From positions 1 through 59,862 of IMG/VR virus record IMGVR_UViG_3300028862_000314: a stretch of DNA of 59,862 nucleotides. One strand, 5' to 3'. The number at the start of each line of letters is the position of its first letter. Within the stretch, counting starts at the first letter, position 1. This DNA comes from a virus (lineage: Duplodnaviria > Caudoviricetes). A model generated the notes under the pieces. That model was not told where the DNA came from. It saw only the letters and a list, made by a program, of their open reading frames with translations, and searched no databases. This document shows, piece after piece, positions 20,201 through 29,553 of the stretch. Both the position numbers and the translations under genes were made by a program.

Positions 20201-23200
20201 TTGCGAACTGCTAAGTACAGTTCCCATGCTGTCATTTCCGGATTCTCCTTGTGAAGTCTGGCTTTCTCCGCTATCTGTTCCTGTGTTAGATAGGTTGCTA
20301 TGTGAATCCCCGATGGGCTTGTTATATAAAACCTTTCTGTTTGTTCCATAATATAGGGTGCTTATAAATCGTCTTTCAAAGTTATCAATTATTTCTTTAC
20401 CCTCGACAACATCCATAATCTGTTTGTATGTCAATGGTTCTTCGGTAGGGATAACACCGTTTACTATCATTCCCTGTATGGTATATGCTAATGCTTCGTC
20501 TGCCCTGTCGTATTCGGTGTAATCGTCATAACTTTTATTAAGCATACCGTCAATGCTCTCATATCCTTTAAGGTCATGGAAGTATTGTAGTATCTGGCTT
20601 CTTCGTGCTGATAGAAACGCTCTGTTATGTGCATGTACTGTTTCGTGTATGATGGTAGGACGTATAGATTCCATTGAAGGAACACGGCTGGCGATAACTA
20701 CAATATGTCTGTATGTGCCATCAAAGAAAGCATCTGCCGATTTATCAAGGAGTGCATCTTCAATCTCTTTCATGTGTCCTGAACTGGCTTTATTGTCAAA
20801 GTACCAGTTTCTTACGTCCTTTTCGCTTTGAACTACGAGTAAAGGTGTTTTGTTTTGGAGTTCTGAAAGTATTGATTTGGCCTCGGTATTGATTAAGGAA
20901 TGACGTTCTGGTAATGGGAGGTTGGTGAAATCGGTTTGCTCAATAGAAAAAGATGAATTTATCTGTCCCTGTAAATAAACCTTCTGCCTTTCGCTTACGT
21001 CTTGCGTTTCTGAAATCCTTTTCAGATGATCCCCCGCAAACTCACTGTTAGAGTGTTTCATTATCGAATTTTCATCCGGGAACGCAAAAGCCTTATCAAC
21101 AAACTTCTGCCTGCTTTCCAGGTCGGGAAACCTAAACCCTTTACTCCATTTATCCCAGAATCCCCCAAATGATTTAGCGTGATCTTTGATAATAGCGTAT
21201 TCATCCGAAGCTATACGGTCACCCAATTTCACCATATACAGGTCTGCGCCCGTCTGTGTGTGCTTAACTGTTTCAAGTGTATAAGGAGCATCTATTTTAA
21301 TTACGTTGTCATTGGAGGGAGTTATGCTAGGCTGCTGTGGCTGTGATTCCCCTACATTAAGCCTTTCGTTTACCGTTACATCTTCCAGCGCATCAAATAA
21401 ATCCTCAATCTTTTCGATATGGGAGTAATCAAGGTTTTCCGGATAGCTGTATTTGCTGTTTTGTTCGTTGAATCTCCTGCTAGCCTCGGCCTGTATTTCA
21501 TCCGTTGAAAGAATGGGTTTACCGGCTAAATAATTACGTCCGTTCTCTGCCCCTAATTCGTTTGCAAACTGCCTTTCCGACTTATGCTCATATTTATCAA
21601 TAACAACAATACGTGTCGAAACACTTGTTCCTGCTTGTTTGAATGTTACTGATGGTAGTTTAATGCTTGCTACTAAATGAGCATCCGGATTAATCTGTTT
21701 CCCGTTCTCGTCAGTACCATAAAGGAAAGTATCAAGCCTGTCCGACATTTTACCTTCGGGGATTAAAGCAACAATACGTCCACCGTTTTTAAGGTGCGTA
21801 AATGCTTTTGCCACATGGTCCATTGCGGTTTTACCACCACTACCAAAAGGGGGATTCATTGCAATACCGTGAAACTTATTAACGATATTCAGGTTTTCAA
21901 ATGTATCGTTAATGATTTTACGTGTTCCCCCACCGGAACGTGCATTCAGTTTTGAGAATAAAGCATGTGAAGGCTCAACGGCTGTTACTGTTGCGTATTC
22001 AGGAAACCACATAGCTATTGCCCCGTGTCCTGCGCTTGGTTCCAGTGCTGATTCTTCAAACTGCAATCCTAACCATTCCACCATCTTCTGACCTACTGGC
22101 TCCGGAGTAGCGTAATAGTCTGTCCCCTCCCTTTGATCTCTGAGCCCTGTGGTCTTTTGCAGGGTGTTATATACCAATACTGCCCTGCGGAACTCTGAAA
22201 GCTGCTGTTGTGCTTTTTTATCGTATTCCTTGCCTCCTTTTCCTTGTTCAAGGTTTGGATCATCGGTTTTAGAGTTCCACAATACACCTTCTGCGAATGA
22301 ACGGAGTAAATCACGTGCCTGATCGCCTACTGCTAAGTTTTCGGTAGTACTTAATTTCTTGTTTACGTTACGTCCGAAGTTTTCAATCTCCATATCAAGC
22401 CCTAACAAAGGGTTTTCAAATATGGCGTTTGATTCCTGACCTATACGGAATATCCTACCTTCAATCTGCAATGCTGTTGTAGATGAAATAGGCATTGACA
22501 AGCTCATAAGGACTCTCTGGTTCTTGCCGGATGTGTCGTGTAATGAAATACCTTCTTTCCCGGCTTCTTCCTGTACAACGATTATATCGACTCCGGAACC
22601 GTCTTTATTGAACTTGGCAATATTTGCAGGTTTGTTGGCTTTTGATACGTCACCGTTAATTAATGCTACCCTGTCAGTACCGAATGCTGCTTGTATTTGT
22701 TCAATGGCAGGATTATAATTAAGGGTTTGCTCGTATGCTAAAAGATCAGCGTACTTATCCTCAAAGTTATTAGCCTGTGATAGTGCTAAACGTGCTTTTT
22801 CTTTATTTTCTGCTGATGAATTGGTATCATTCAATACCTCATTAGCCATACTTACCGTCCTGTCAATAATAGTTTTGAATGGGGGTGATACATTGGCTTG
22901 TTTCCTTCTGTGGAATACAACGACTTTACGACCTAATGCAAGGTGTTTTTCAATACGTGGTATTACCATAGAAGCCTTTAAGGATTCAAAAAGCTGTGTT
23001 GTATAGTTATAATCATAAAATACGTCACGTGCTGCGCTCTGCAGTCCTTCAAACTCTTTGGTTTCGTAATTGAAAATATCATTCAGTCCGTTATTGAATA
23101 ACTCTGCGTTATCGAGTGCTACTAACGGGAACTCACGGGAGTAATCCATATCACTTTCAATAGCACGTCCCGACATTACACCCTGGCTCATTAGCTTCTG

Positions 23201-26200
23201 AGCAAATTCAACCTCCTGCATTGCTATTGCTTCGGGGTTTGAATGCTCTTTAGTTTCCAGTTGGTGATGTTTCCACTGATACGCACTACCGAAGTTTTCA
23301 AGGAAGAAACGACTTTCAGCATCTACCCTGCTTCCTCTTGCATTGGTTATTTCTTCGCCTGTATAGTCAAATAATACCCTGTTAGCATAGCGTAAATTGA
23401 AATGCCCTTTAAATGGTGTTGCTGAAAGGAATACTACTTTGGTATTTTCGTATGCTCTCTTTGCACGTTCAAGTAATGCAGGTTCGAGTTCTTTCTTTTT
23501 GGCTTCCAGATCATCAATAACCTTTGATAATACCTTTACTGCTGCTTCTGATGCTGCCGGATTAGCTGCATTGTCATTATTCAGGGATGCGTTAAGTTCC
23601 CTGTATTGGGTCATAGCTTCCCTGTGCTTAATCCAAACAGGGTGAACGTCAGTTATTCTCTGAAATGCTGTTGATACCGATACGTTGCTTAATCCGAAGT
23701 GTGCATAGGTAGTTGCTGATGCTGTACCTTTCTTTTCTTCCATTAACCGGTGTGATTCATCGTAAACGATTAAATCAAGGTCACGGTTTTTTAAAGCATC
23801 ATTTGAACGGAAATTTGCATAAGTACAAATGTTTATTCCTTTCCCGGCTGTCTTGGTATCTTCAAGGTTAGTAATATCAAGTCCTAAGTTAATGCCGTCT
23901 TTTATCCAGTCTTTAATCTTAGGTTCTGAGGGAACAACAATAAGTATCTGCCCCTTACCTTGCTTGGCAAAACGTTTAATAATTCCTAATCCCGTGAATG
24001 TTTTACCTGTGCCGGTCCCGTTGGTAAACAGAATACCCTTACCGTTGGCAAGGTCTTTTGTTTTGTGCGCTTCTGAGAAGAATCGGGTTTCTGCTTTCAG
24101 AACATCATCCTGTTGTTCGTCTAACAGATATGGGAGGGTTTGGCGAATGTTCGCCTCATCCATTAACTTAACTGGTATGGATTCGTTTTGCTGCTGTTGT
24201 ATCAGCCTTTTGGCTGTGCGCTGCTGAAACGTTTCTGGTAATCCTTCATTATTTGTGCCGTCTGGCTTACCTGTAACGATGTCATTGACATTATGTCCTT
24301 CTGGGCTATCAATGCTGCTTCCTCTGCCGTCAAAATCTCCGGCATCATTGTTCGTAACGATTGGTTTCGGGTCCGCTTGATATACTTCGTTATCGCCTTG
24401 TTCTCCAGGTAAATTGGCAAAAAGGCCACCACCGCCCTCGCTACGGTTTCGTCTGACTGCTTTTCCACTTCCTGCCGGAGTTTCATTTCGTACCGGTTCG
24501 CTGCTTCCTCGTCCACTGAGAACAGGAGTTCCATTTTCGGGTACTTCATTGGCACTGTTTCCGCTATCTGGTTGGCTACTTCCTGGTCTATCTGGTACAT
24601 CGTTGTTATTTTTGTCAAAGTTACGACCTAAATCGCTGTTTTTGTCCTCTTTAGGTGAATTTATTTTGTATGTGTACGCTCGTACTGCTGTGAAATCATC
24701 AAGTCTTGCATCTTCATTTTCAAGTAAGAAAGAAGCATATCCCTTTTTACAGGCTGAAAGCAATTCGGGAGAAATAGGAACGCCCTTAGATTCAATACCT
24801 GAAATAATATCAGCGAATTTATAAACGCCTTGTTTGGTGAAAGCATCTACAAGTTTAAATCCTGCTGCGTTTATCTTTGAAAGCTGCTCAGGGGTTTTAT
24901 CTGATGGCCCGTTGGAGTGTTTTAATATCGTGTTATCTTCTTCACCCAATAAACCTAGAAGATCGTTAAGAGCATTGTCAATATCATCATTCTGTTTGAT
25001 AACTTGTTTAATGGCATCTCCGGCAAACTTTGGCTTTTCAGCTTTTACTTTTGGTTCAGCAACTTTCTTTTGTTTGCTTCCTGCACTGCCCGTGTTAACC
25101 TTTGGAGCCTCGTTAACTGTTCCTCCGTCTGACAACTGAGCATTAAAAGTTCTGGCTTTGTTAAGGGTTGATTTTCGTTGACCGACTGCGTTGTTTTCGA
25201 TTTCATCTAATATTTCCTCCTTAGTTTGAACTTTATCGTTAAATAATCCTAACTGTCCGTTTTTATTTGCTGTTGCAATCTCGTTATACGAGTTGAAGAA
25301 TGATTTTGTATCTGTCTGATTGCCGGTTAATACGTCTGCAAGTAGTACCTCTGTTAAATTGTAAGGTGTAGTATCGAACATATCAGGCAAAGAAACCATA
25401 TCATAAACGCTTCCAAATTCACCTGAACGCATTTTGCCTAAAAGAACTACAGCCCCATTCATTTCGGGAAGTATTGAATATTCCCCTAGTGCCTGGTTCT
25501 CTAACAAAGGTAAGATACTTTTCGTTATTCTCAACCTGTATTGTTTCATTCCCTCTATATTCATCATACGAATAGAGGATTCGTCCATTACGCTACCGAT
25601 AAGGACTGTTTCAATCATATCCTTTCCTATGGCTGAAAAGGTTTTACCGTCAAGTATTTCGGCAATATCCATTGTGGTTATAATACCACTATCAACCATT
25701 AAGTCAATAAGTTCATTAGTTGCTGACGTACTGGCGTAGGCATCTGACATAGTATCAAACCTATCCAATACCCTTGCAATCTTCCGTACCTGTTCCGGCT
25801 TAATTGTTTTACTGATCTTGATAGCACGTTCTACCTTGTTTTGTGTCTTTTGGTCAGAAGCGTTGAACTTAGCAAATGTTTCAGTAGTATATTCCGGTGT
25901 TTCGTTCATTTGGAATATTACCCTGGGATTTTTAAAAGAAGATACTTGTTCGGGAGTGAACCCGTACATATCCGCATCCTGCATAAGCTGTTCTACATAA
26001 CTTGCATCTGTTCCATTTCCGGCTGCAAGTTCTCCACTCATGGTACGGTTATTACCTGATACTACAATTCCATCAGGAGAAACAATAACAGGATTATCAA
26101 GTGCTTTACCGTTGTATTGGTTAGCAATATCAATTACCTGTGCTTGCGCTGCCTTATCAGATCCATAATCACGATCATTAACTGTCTTTCCGTCTGGTGT

Positions 26201-29200
26201 TGTCGGGAATCCTTCGTTTTGTGAAAAGTTTAATGGGTTATGTGAAGGCGTAACCGTACCCGACTCTACAAGCATATATTTACCTGCAATTCGTTCATTG
26301 TTAGGTAGGGTAATTATCTTTTCCCGTCCCTCAATTTTAGGCGAATTGTTATATTTGCTTACAGCTACTTCTCCGGCTTTCCCCGGGAGTAGTTTATTAA
26401 TAACCGGCTTAATTACTCTAGGCGCAAGTGTAGGCACTTCCCCCTGTACCTTATCGGGTACAGATTGTACCCCTGTTGGCTCGTTTGTACCCGTTGGGGT
26501 ATTGCCTAATGATTCTTGTAGGTGCTGATCTCTTTCTTGGTCGCGTCTTTTCTTTTCTTCCCTATTTACCTTATCAATATCGTTTAATTCTTGTTCGGTA
26601 TAGTTTTTTGATGGATCATTGCTACCAACAATTACTTTTGCCGGATAAGTGACTATTCCCGTGTCGGTATCAATAGTTCCTCCATCTATTAGGCTAATAA
26701 TATAATCTCCGTCAGATGGATTCCTTGAAATGTTTAGCGATACGGCTACCTTATTAAAATCATATTTACTTCCTACCTCTAATTCGTAATACTCAACACC
26801 AATTTGTTTTAGCGATTCAACATATTCTTGCTTTTTATTGTTTATTCTATTTTCTATTTCGGGGGTTATAGTGCCTTTTTTGTTTAGATTCTCACGTATT
26901 GTTTCTAGGGACGATATAGCACTAAGCACTGATTCTGAATACTTTTTCTTAGCATCAAATACTGCATATTCATCACTATTAGGATCGTTTTTTATCTGAT
27001 CTAAATTGGGCTGATCTATAATATGCTTTGTAGTCCGTTCTATCCTTTCATCAACTTTCTTTTCAAACTCACTTGTTGCATTTTCTGCAACAGCTGGTTC
27101 AACCGTAGCCGTATTGTCTATGGTTGGCGCATTACCAGAAATGGCGATGCCTCCTTCGTTGCCCTTACTATCTTTACTTTCGTTATCATTCGGGGTCGAG
27201 TGGGAGGCATCGGACCGCACATCGCTAATATTACTATTAGCAGTAGAAGTCACTGGTACAAAGTTAGTAATTAATCCTTCGAGTTTTGCCTTTTGCTCGG
27301 TTAGTTTCTTTATTTCGTGTTCAATTTTTATAGCCTCGTCTAAATCGGAAATATTTTCCTGTTTCTTTTCTGCTTTAGCTATTTTATCGGTAACGGTTTT
27401 AATTATATTATTCAGATAGGTTGTAGCTTTTTCTTCACCAAAAGTATCTTTAAGATAGTTTAGCTTTTGGGTATCATCCATTTGCTTAGTATCTACATTA
27501 CCATCTTTATCGAGTGGGTAATTATTCAACTGTACGTTATTATCGGACGGTTGAACTGTCAACTGTTCTGGATTACTTGACGGTTGCTGTGCTTCAACTA
27601 TACTTTGCTGTTGTGCTAAAATTATATTTTGCTGCTCAATCTGCTGTGCTTGTTCGGCAAGTAGTTGTTCTGCTGGCTGTGCTTCCCAGGTAGTAGGATC
27701 GAAGTCTGTAAAGGGTACGGTAGATACCTTCCCGTTTTCATCTAAGATAATCGGAGGTTGTGAAGGATCTATATTGTCAAGGTCCGGTTTACCTTCTGCG
27801 TTAAGAGTTACACCTGATTTAATGAAATAAGGCTTACCATCAGCATGAAGGTTTGTTATTAAATGCGTTCCGTTATCGTTGAGGACTGGTGTAATCTTAT
27901 CGGAAAGGGCTTGTATGGGGTCCTGCTGTGGCGTAACGGGTGCTTGTGGTTCTGCTCCTGTTAACTGTCCTTGTATTGGCTGTTGTGGTGCTTGTGCTGC
28001 CTGTTCTGCCTGTGCAGTGATTGATTCGCCAGCCTCATAAGCTGATTTTAATATGCTTGCTTCTTTAGGATCGAGTGAAACAACCTTTTCAAAGTCACTT
28101 GCAGGTTCATTCCCAAAATCACCGTCAGATTTAACTACTGTATAATTATCCCCGTTACGTCCAATTACTTCAAAAACAGTTCCGTCCTTCTTGATACCAT
28201 AATTCAAAGTCTGGTTTGACTCTCTGGCCTTATCAATTCGATATGATGTTAATGCACGTCCGTAACCGGTAAGCAATCCCCCCATAACAAAACCACCTAG
28301 TGCAGCCTGCCATGTTTGAGTGCCTAATTCCTTCCAGCTTGCATCTTTATCATACAATCCGGCCTGTAATCCGTATTCAGATACCTGAGCGACAACTTCC
28401 TCAAATGCTTCTTCACCTGGTTGTAACAGGTATTTGTTATAAACAGTCTTTGCAATAGTGGGGTGTTGTGATAGAAACTTCTGGAATATCTCTTTGGCTC
28501 CCTTTTCCCCTGTTGTTTCAAGTATTTCTTTAGCAGCAAGTGTCTGCGCTGCCTTAGTCATATACTTACCCTTAACGAAACGTGAAACGGAACCTAATTG
28601 CTCTGTCCCTGTTTCAATAGCTGCAAACAATACGGCTAGCCCTAACTCTACTTCGGGATCGTAACCGGTTGAAGGTTTACCCTGCTTTATACTTTCATCA
28701 AGGTATTGATGGTATTGCTGTATTCCACTACCTGAACCCATTAAACCGAACACGGGCATAATTGCGCCTTGTGCGCCAGGAACTACCATTGCTGCTGCAA
28801 TAGGTAACATCTGTGGTAACATAGCAAAAGACTGCGCCACATTGGGGTTGGGTGCTTGCTGTATATCTTCTGCGCCTGATTTATTTAATGAGTTAGCCCA
28901 ATCACCTAGAATAGTTGTAGGTTTTGTAGCTAGTTCATTCCACATCTTTCGTTCTTCTTCCGGCTTGGTCTGATCTTCCGATAAAGAAGCAAATACTTCT
29001 CTCGTTGCTCGTTCTGCTGCCCCATAACCAGGTATTGCCGGATTTGATTCAGTCGCCATCCTTGCGACATAATCAGCACCCTGTAAAATAGCTGAACCCG
29101 TTTGTTTGAATCCTGCTTTTAATCCTTGTGTAACGTCACCGGGGGTTTGTCCTGCGTAGTTATCTTCCATGTTGTAACCAATACCTCCCGGCATAGTTAC

Positions 29201-29548
29201 TTCAAGGGGTTTAGGTTCTGCCTGTTTCTTTGCCTGTTCCTCGGTACTTATCTGCGCTCCTTGTTTTGCAAGGTCCATCAAACCACCATAAGTAGAACGG
29301 GCATTATTCCCTATGATATTTGCGTAATAAGGTGTATCAACATCATAAAACGGCTTAACGGTAGGGTTTTCACCTATGAATTTAGGTAACTGGCTGAAAG
29401 GAATAACGGCTGGATCTGCACCACCGATATTAAATAACCCTACTTCCTGTGCATCTGGATAGTCTTTAAGGAACTTATCAGCACTGCTTATTGGTATAGT
29501 AATATCCTGACCGTTGTAATTGAAATATCTGTTACCTTCTACTGGCAT
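17246..29548 (-). CDS. giant polyvalent ejection protein (DarB-like): ParB/DdrB-like, SF2 helicase, N6-adenine MTase, HExxH peptidase, LPD38-like C-terminus
   Basis: 4100 aa; SGNNR (ParB-like), TGTGKT and DESH (helicase), LEPSAGHG and NPPF (MTase), HETVH; C-terminal TVDFDR.G and KIPLP motifs. Confidence 0.8.
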   Translation of the reverse strand: MPVEGNRYFNYNGQDITIPISSADKFLKDYPDAQEVGLFNIGGADPAVIPFSQLPKFIGENPTVKPFYDVDTPYYANIIGNNARSTYGGLMDLAKQGAQISTEEQAKKQAEPKPLEVTMPGGIGYNMEDNYAGQTPGDVTQGLKAGFKQTGSAILQGADYVARMATESNPAIPGYGAAERATREVFASLSEDQTKPEEERKMWNELATKPTTILGDWANSLNKSGAEDIQQAPNPNVAQSFAMLPQMLPIAAAMVVPGAQGAIMPVFGLMGSGSGIQQYHQYLDESIKQGKPSTGYDPEVELGLAVLFAAIETGTEQLGSVSRFVKGKYMTKAAQTLAAKEILETTGEKGAKEIFQKFLSQHPTIAKTVYNKYLLQPGEEAFEEVVAQVSEYGLQAGLYDKDASWKELGTQTWQAALGGFVMGGLLTGYGRALTSYRIDKARESNQTLNYGIKKDGTVFEVIGRNGDNYTVVKSDGDFGNEPASDFEKVVSLDPKEASILKSAYEAGESITAQAEQAAQAPQQPIQGQLTGAEPQAPVTPQQDPIQALSDKITPVLNDNGTHLITNLHADGKPYFIKSGVTLNAEGKPDLDNIDPSQPPIILDENGKVSTVPFTDFDPTTWEAQPAEQLLAEQAQQIEQQNIILAQQQSIVEAQQPSSNPEQLTVQPSDNNVQLNNYPLDKDGNVDTKQMDDTQKLNYLKDTFGEEKATTYLNNIIKTVTDKIAKAEKKQENISDLDEAIKIEHEIKKLTEQKAKLEGLITNFVPVTSTANSNISDVRSDASHSTPNDNESKDSKGNEGGIAISGNAPTIDNTATVEPAVAENATSEFEKKVDERIERTTKHIIDQPNLDQIKNDPNSDEYAVFDAKKKYSESVLSAISSLETIRENLNKKGTITPEIENRINNKKQEYVESLKQIGVEYYELEVGSKYDFNKVAVSLNISRNPSDGDYIISLIDGGTIDTDTGIVTYPAKVIVGSNDPSKNYTEQELNDIDKVNREEKKRRDQERDQHLQESLGNTPTGTNEPTGVQSVPDKVQGEVPTLAPRVIKPVINKLLPGKAGEVAVSKYNNSPKIEGREKIITLPNNERIAGKYMLVESGTVTPSHNPLNFSQNEGFPTTPDGKTVNDRDYGSDKAAQAQVIDIANQYNGKALDNPVIVSPDGIVVSGNNRTMSGELAAGNGTDASYVEQLMQDADMYGFTPEQVSSFKNPRVIFQMNETPEYTTETFAKFNASDQKTQNKVERAIKISKTIKPEQVRKIARVLDRFDTMSDAYASTSATNELIDLMVDSGIITTMDIAEILDGKTFSAIGKDMIETVLIGSVMDESSIRMMNIEGMKQYRLRITKSILPLLENQALGEYSILPEMNGAVVLLGKMRSGEFGSVYDMVSLPDMFDTTPYNLTEVLLADVLTGNQTDTKSFFNSYNEIATANKNGQLGLFNDKVQTKEEILDEIENNAVGQRKSTLNKARTFNAQLSDGGTVNEAPKVNTGSAGSKQKKVAEPKVKAEKPKFAGDAIKQVIKQNDDIDNALNDLLGLLGEEDNTILKHSNGPSDKTPEQLSKINAAGFKLVDAFTKQGVYKFADIISGIESKGVPISPELLSACKKGYASFLLENEDARLDDFTAVRAYTYKINSPKEDKNSDLGRNFDKNNNDVPDRPGSSQPDSGNSANEVPENGTPVLSGRGSSEPVRNETPAGSGKAVRRNRSEGGGGLFANLPGEQGDNEVYQADPKPIVTNNDAGDFDGRGSSIDSPEGHNVNDIVTGKPDGTNNEGLPETFQQRTAKRLIQQQQNESIPVKLMDEANIRQTLPYLLDEQQDDVLKAETRFFSEAHKTKDLANGKGILFTNGTGTGKTFTGLGIIKRFAKQGKGQILIVVPSEPKIKDWIKDGINLGLDITNLEDTKTAGKGINICTYANFRSNDALKNRDLDLIVYDESHRLMEEKKGTASATTYAHFGLSNVSVSTAFQRITDVHPVWIKHREAMTQYRELNASLNNDNAANPAASEAAVKVLSKVIDDLEAKKKELEPALLERAKRAYENTKVVFLSATPFKGHFNLRYANRVLFDYTGEEITNARGSRVDAESRFFLENFGSAYQWKHHQLETKEHSNPEAIAMQEVEFAQKLMSQGVMSGRAIESDMDYSREFPLVALDNAELFNNGLNDIFNYETKEFEGLQSAARDVFYDYNYTTQLFESLKASMVIPRIEKHLALGRKVVVFHRRKQANVSPPFKTIIDRTVSMANEVLNDTNSSAENKEKARLALSQANNFEDKYADLLAYEQTLNYNPAIEQIQAAFGTDRVALINGDVSKANKPANIAKFNKDGSGVDIIVVQEEAGKEGISLHDTSGKNQRVLMSLSMPISSTTALQIEGRIFRIGQESNAIFENPLLGLDMEIENFGRNVNKKLSTTENLAVGDQARDLLRSFAEGVLWNSKTDDPNLEQGKGGKEYDKKAQQQLSEFRRAVLVYNTLQKTTGLRDQREGTDYYATPEPVGQKMVEWLGLQFEESALEPSAGHGAIAMWFPEYATVTAVEPSHALFSKLNARSGGGTRKIINDTFENLNIVNKFHGIAMNPPFGSGGKTAMDHVAKAFTHLKNGGRIVALIPEGKMSDRLDTFLYGTDENGKQINPDAHLVASIKLPSVTFKQAGTSVSTRIVVIDKYEHKSERQFANELGAENGRNYLAGKPILSTDEIQAEASRRFNEQNSKYSYPENLDYSHIEKIEDLFDALEDVTVNERLNVGESQPQQPSITPSNDNVIKIDAPYTLETVKHTQTGADLYMVKLGDRIASDEYAIIKDHAKSFGGFWDKWSKGFRFPDLESRQKFVDKAFAFPDENSIMKHSNSEFAGDHLKRISETQDVSERQKVYLQGQINSSFSIEQTDFTNLPLPERHSLINTEAKSILSELQNKTPLLVVQSEKDVRNWYFDNKASSGHMKEIEDALLDKSADAFFDGTYRHIVVIASRVPSMESIRPTIIHETVHAHNRAFLSARRSQILQYFHDLKGYESIDGMLNKSYDDYTEYDRADEALAYTIQGMIVNGVIPTEEPLTYKQIMDVVEGKEIIDNFERRFISTLYYGTNRKVLYNKPIGDSHSNLSNTGTDSGESQTSQGESGNDSMGTVLSSSQNRPRFAGELLGEGSVNLLKHSSNNNIPPSVNPTVDAERPQFAGMQMKRIIGKKDYGDRFADWIAENVHSVDLWQQEMAKDGIKGLKLFDVYSLLRRRKGLIKGLVDTFDEGVFTDLQTEIAHLIDQQHVSSKEIQRYLKAKSAIERNDNEGIRAISEDPEDSWNRQTVEQIVKEFEQKISPNLIDSLWSKVKASTDFTIDNLYLHSVITKEDHDKFNDRKYYIPLRGWEYDEMNPNPEDFYDYVNNEGQGITSQTYVKATIKAKGRTSEPGDPLPYIRQMAHSAIMTSVKNKIARTALQLFRMNKDNPAMGQYMYIKAPFKGNAHEAKRTRATAEKHEIMGYDNGDRFTLVLGDPHVAQSIKGENVLLKETSKWLGNSWMGKLTQFMKANFTGKNPNFFLNNFMFIDLPYAAITEGIRKEGEAGQFIRQIVTGKSFGTIHRDIRKQLNPLSQAETITAGLHNKQSIVSAIQQYGEQRVLDTLYKMWKDSGGPTGWMQLESFEKSAEKIEKEINRIRAKEADFGKGTGKLSGKDKVFYNYPLRKGAELMTYVMDMSEQSSRFAVFVSRKMAGQSSEQAALASKEATVDFDRTGQASTVFNQLFAFFKPTVSATYGIYKMGKENKAKFGYALGSFFALGVLQAILAYMTMPDDEGGENTYDNIPDYDKLNNLIINRGDGKYVKIPLPQFFRAIYALGVTSTMAAMGKLSAGEFAASNLKNLTGALTPFNVSGDDLGRTLVPTALTPAYDIAVNQNFAGKKVHKEQFTTKLEDRIPGSQEGLNSTFEPLVQATQWLNEFGGGNEYTKAGQGLDPETGLKEDNTLKTMLFDWNPADIQHVSETVGGGRVKFFRQVFNTAYNAVTPDGKMNEWDVPLFYRYLGRSQDSNPMSTYYNALKAVDEYKYQINNLKKDDPKEALQMMNKYQFMNELTYITKLADKNIKNIENNAENATSSEAMLKYKTDAENAAKIFKTQVGTLEKKYKINLK

Positions 29549-29553
29549 GTCGT

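Noticed and set aside
17742-29389. Many short ORFs overlapping the giant gene (and similar shadow ORFs over capsid, portal, recT and ATPase genes)
   Set aside because: Antisense or alternate-frame shadows of long motif-bearing genes, with no independent motifs.
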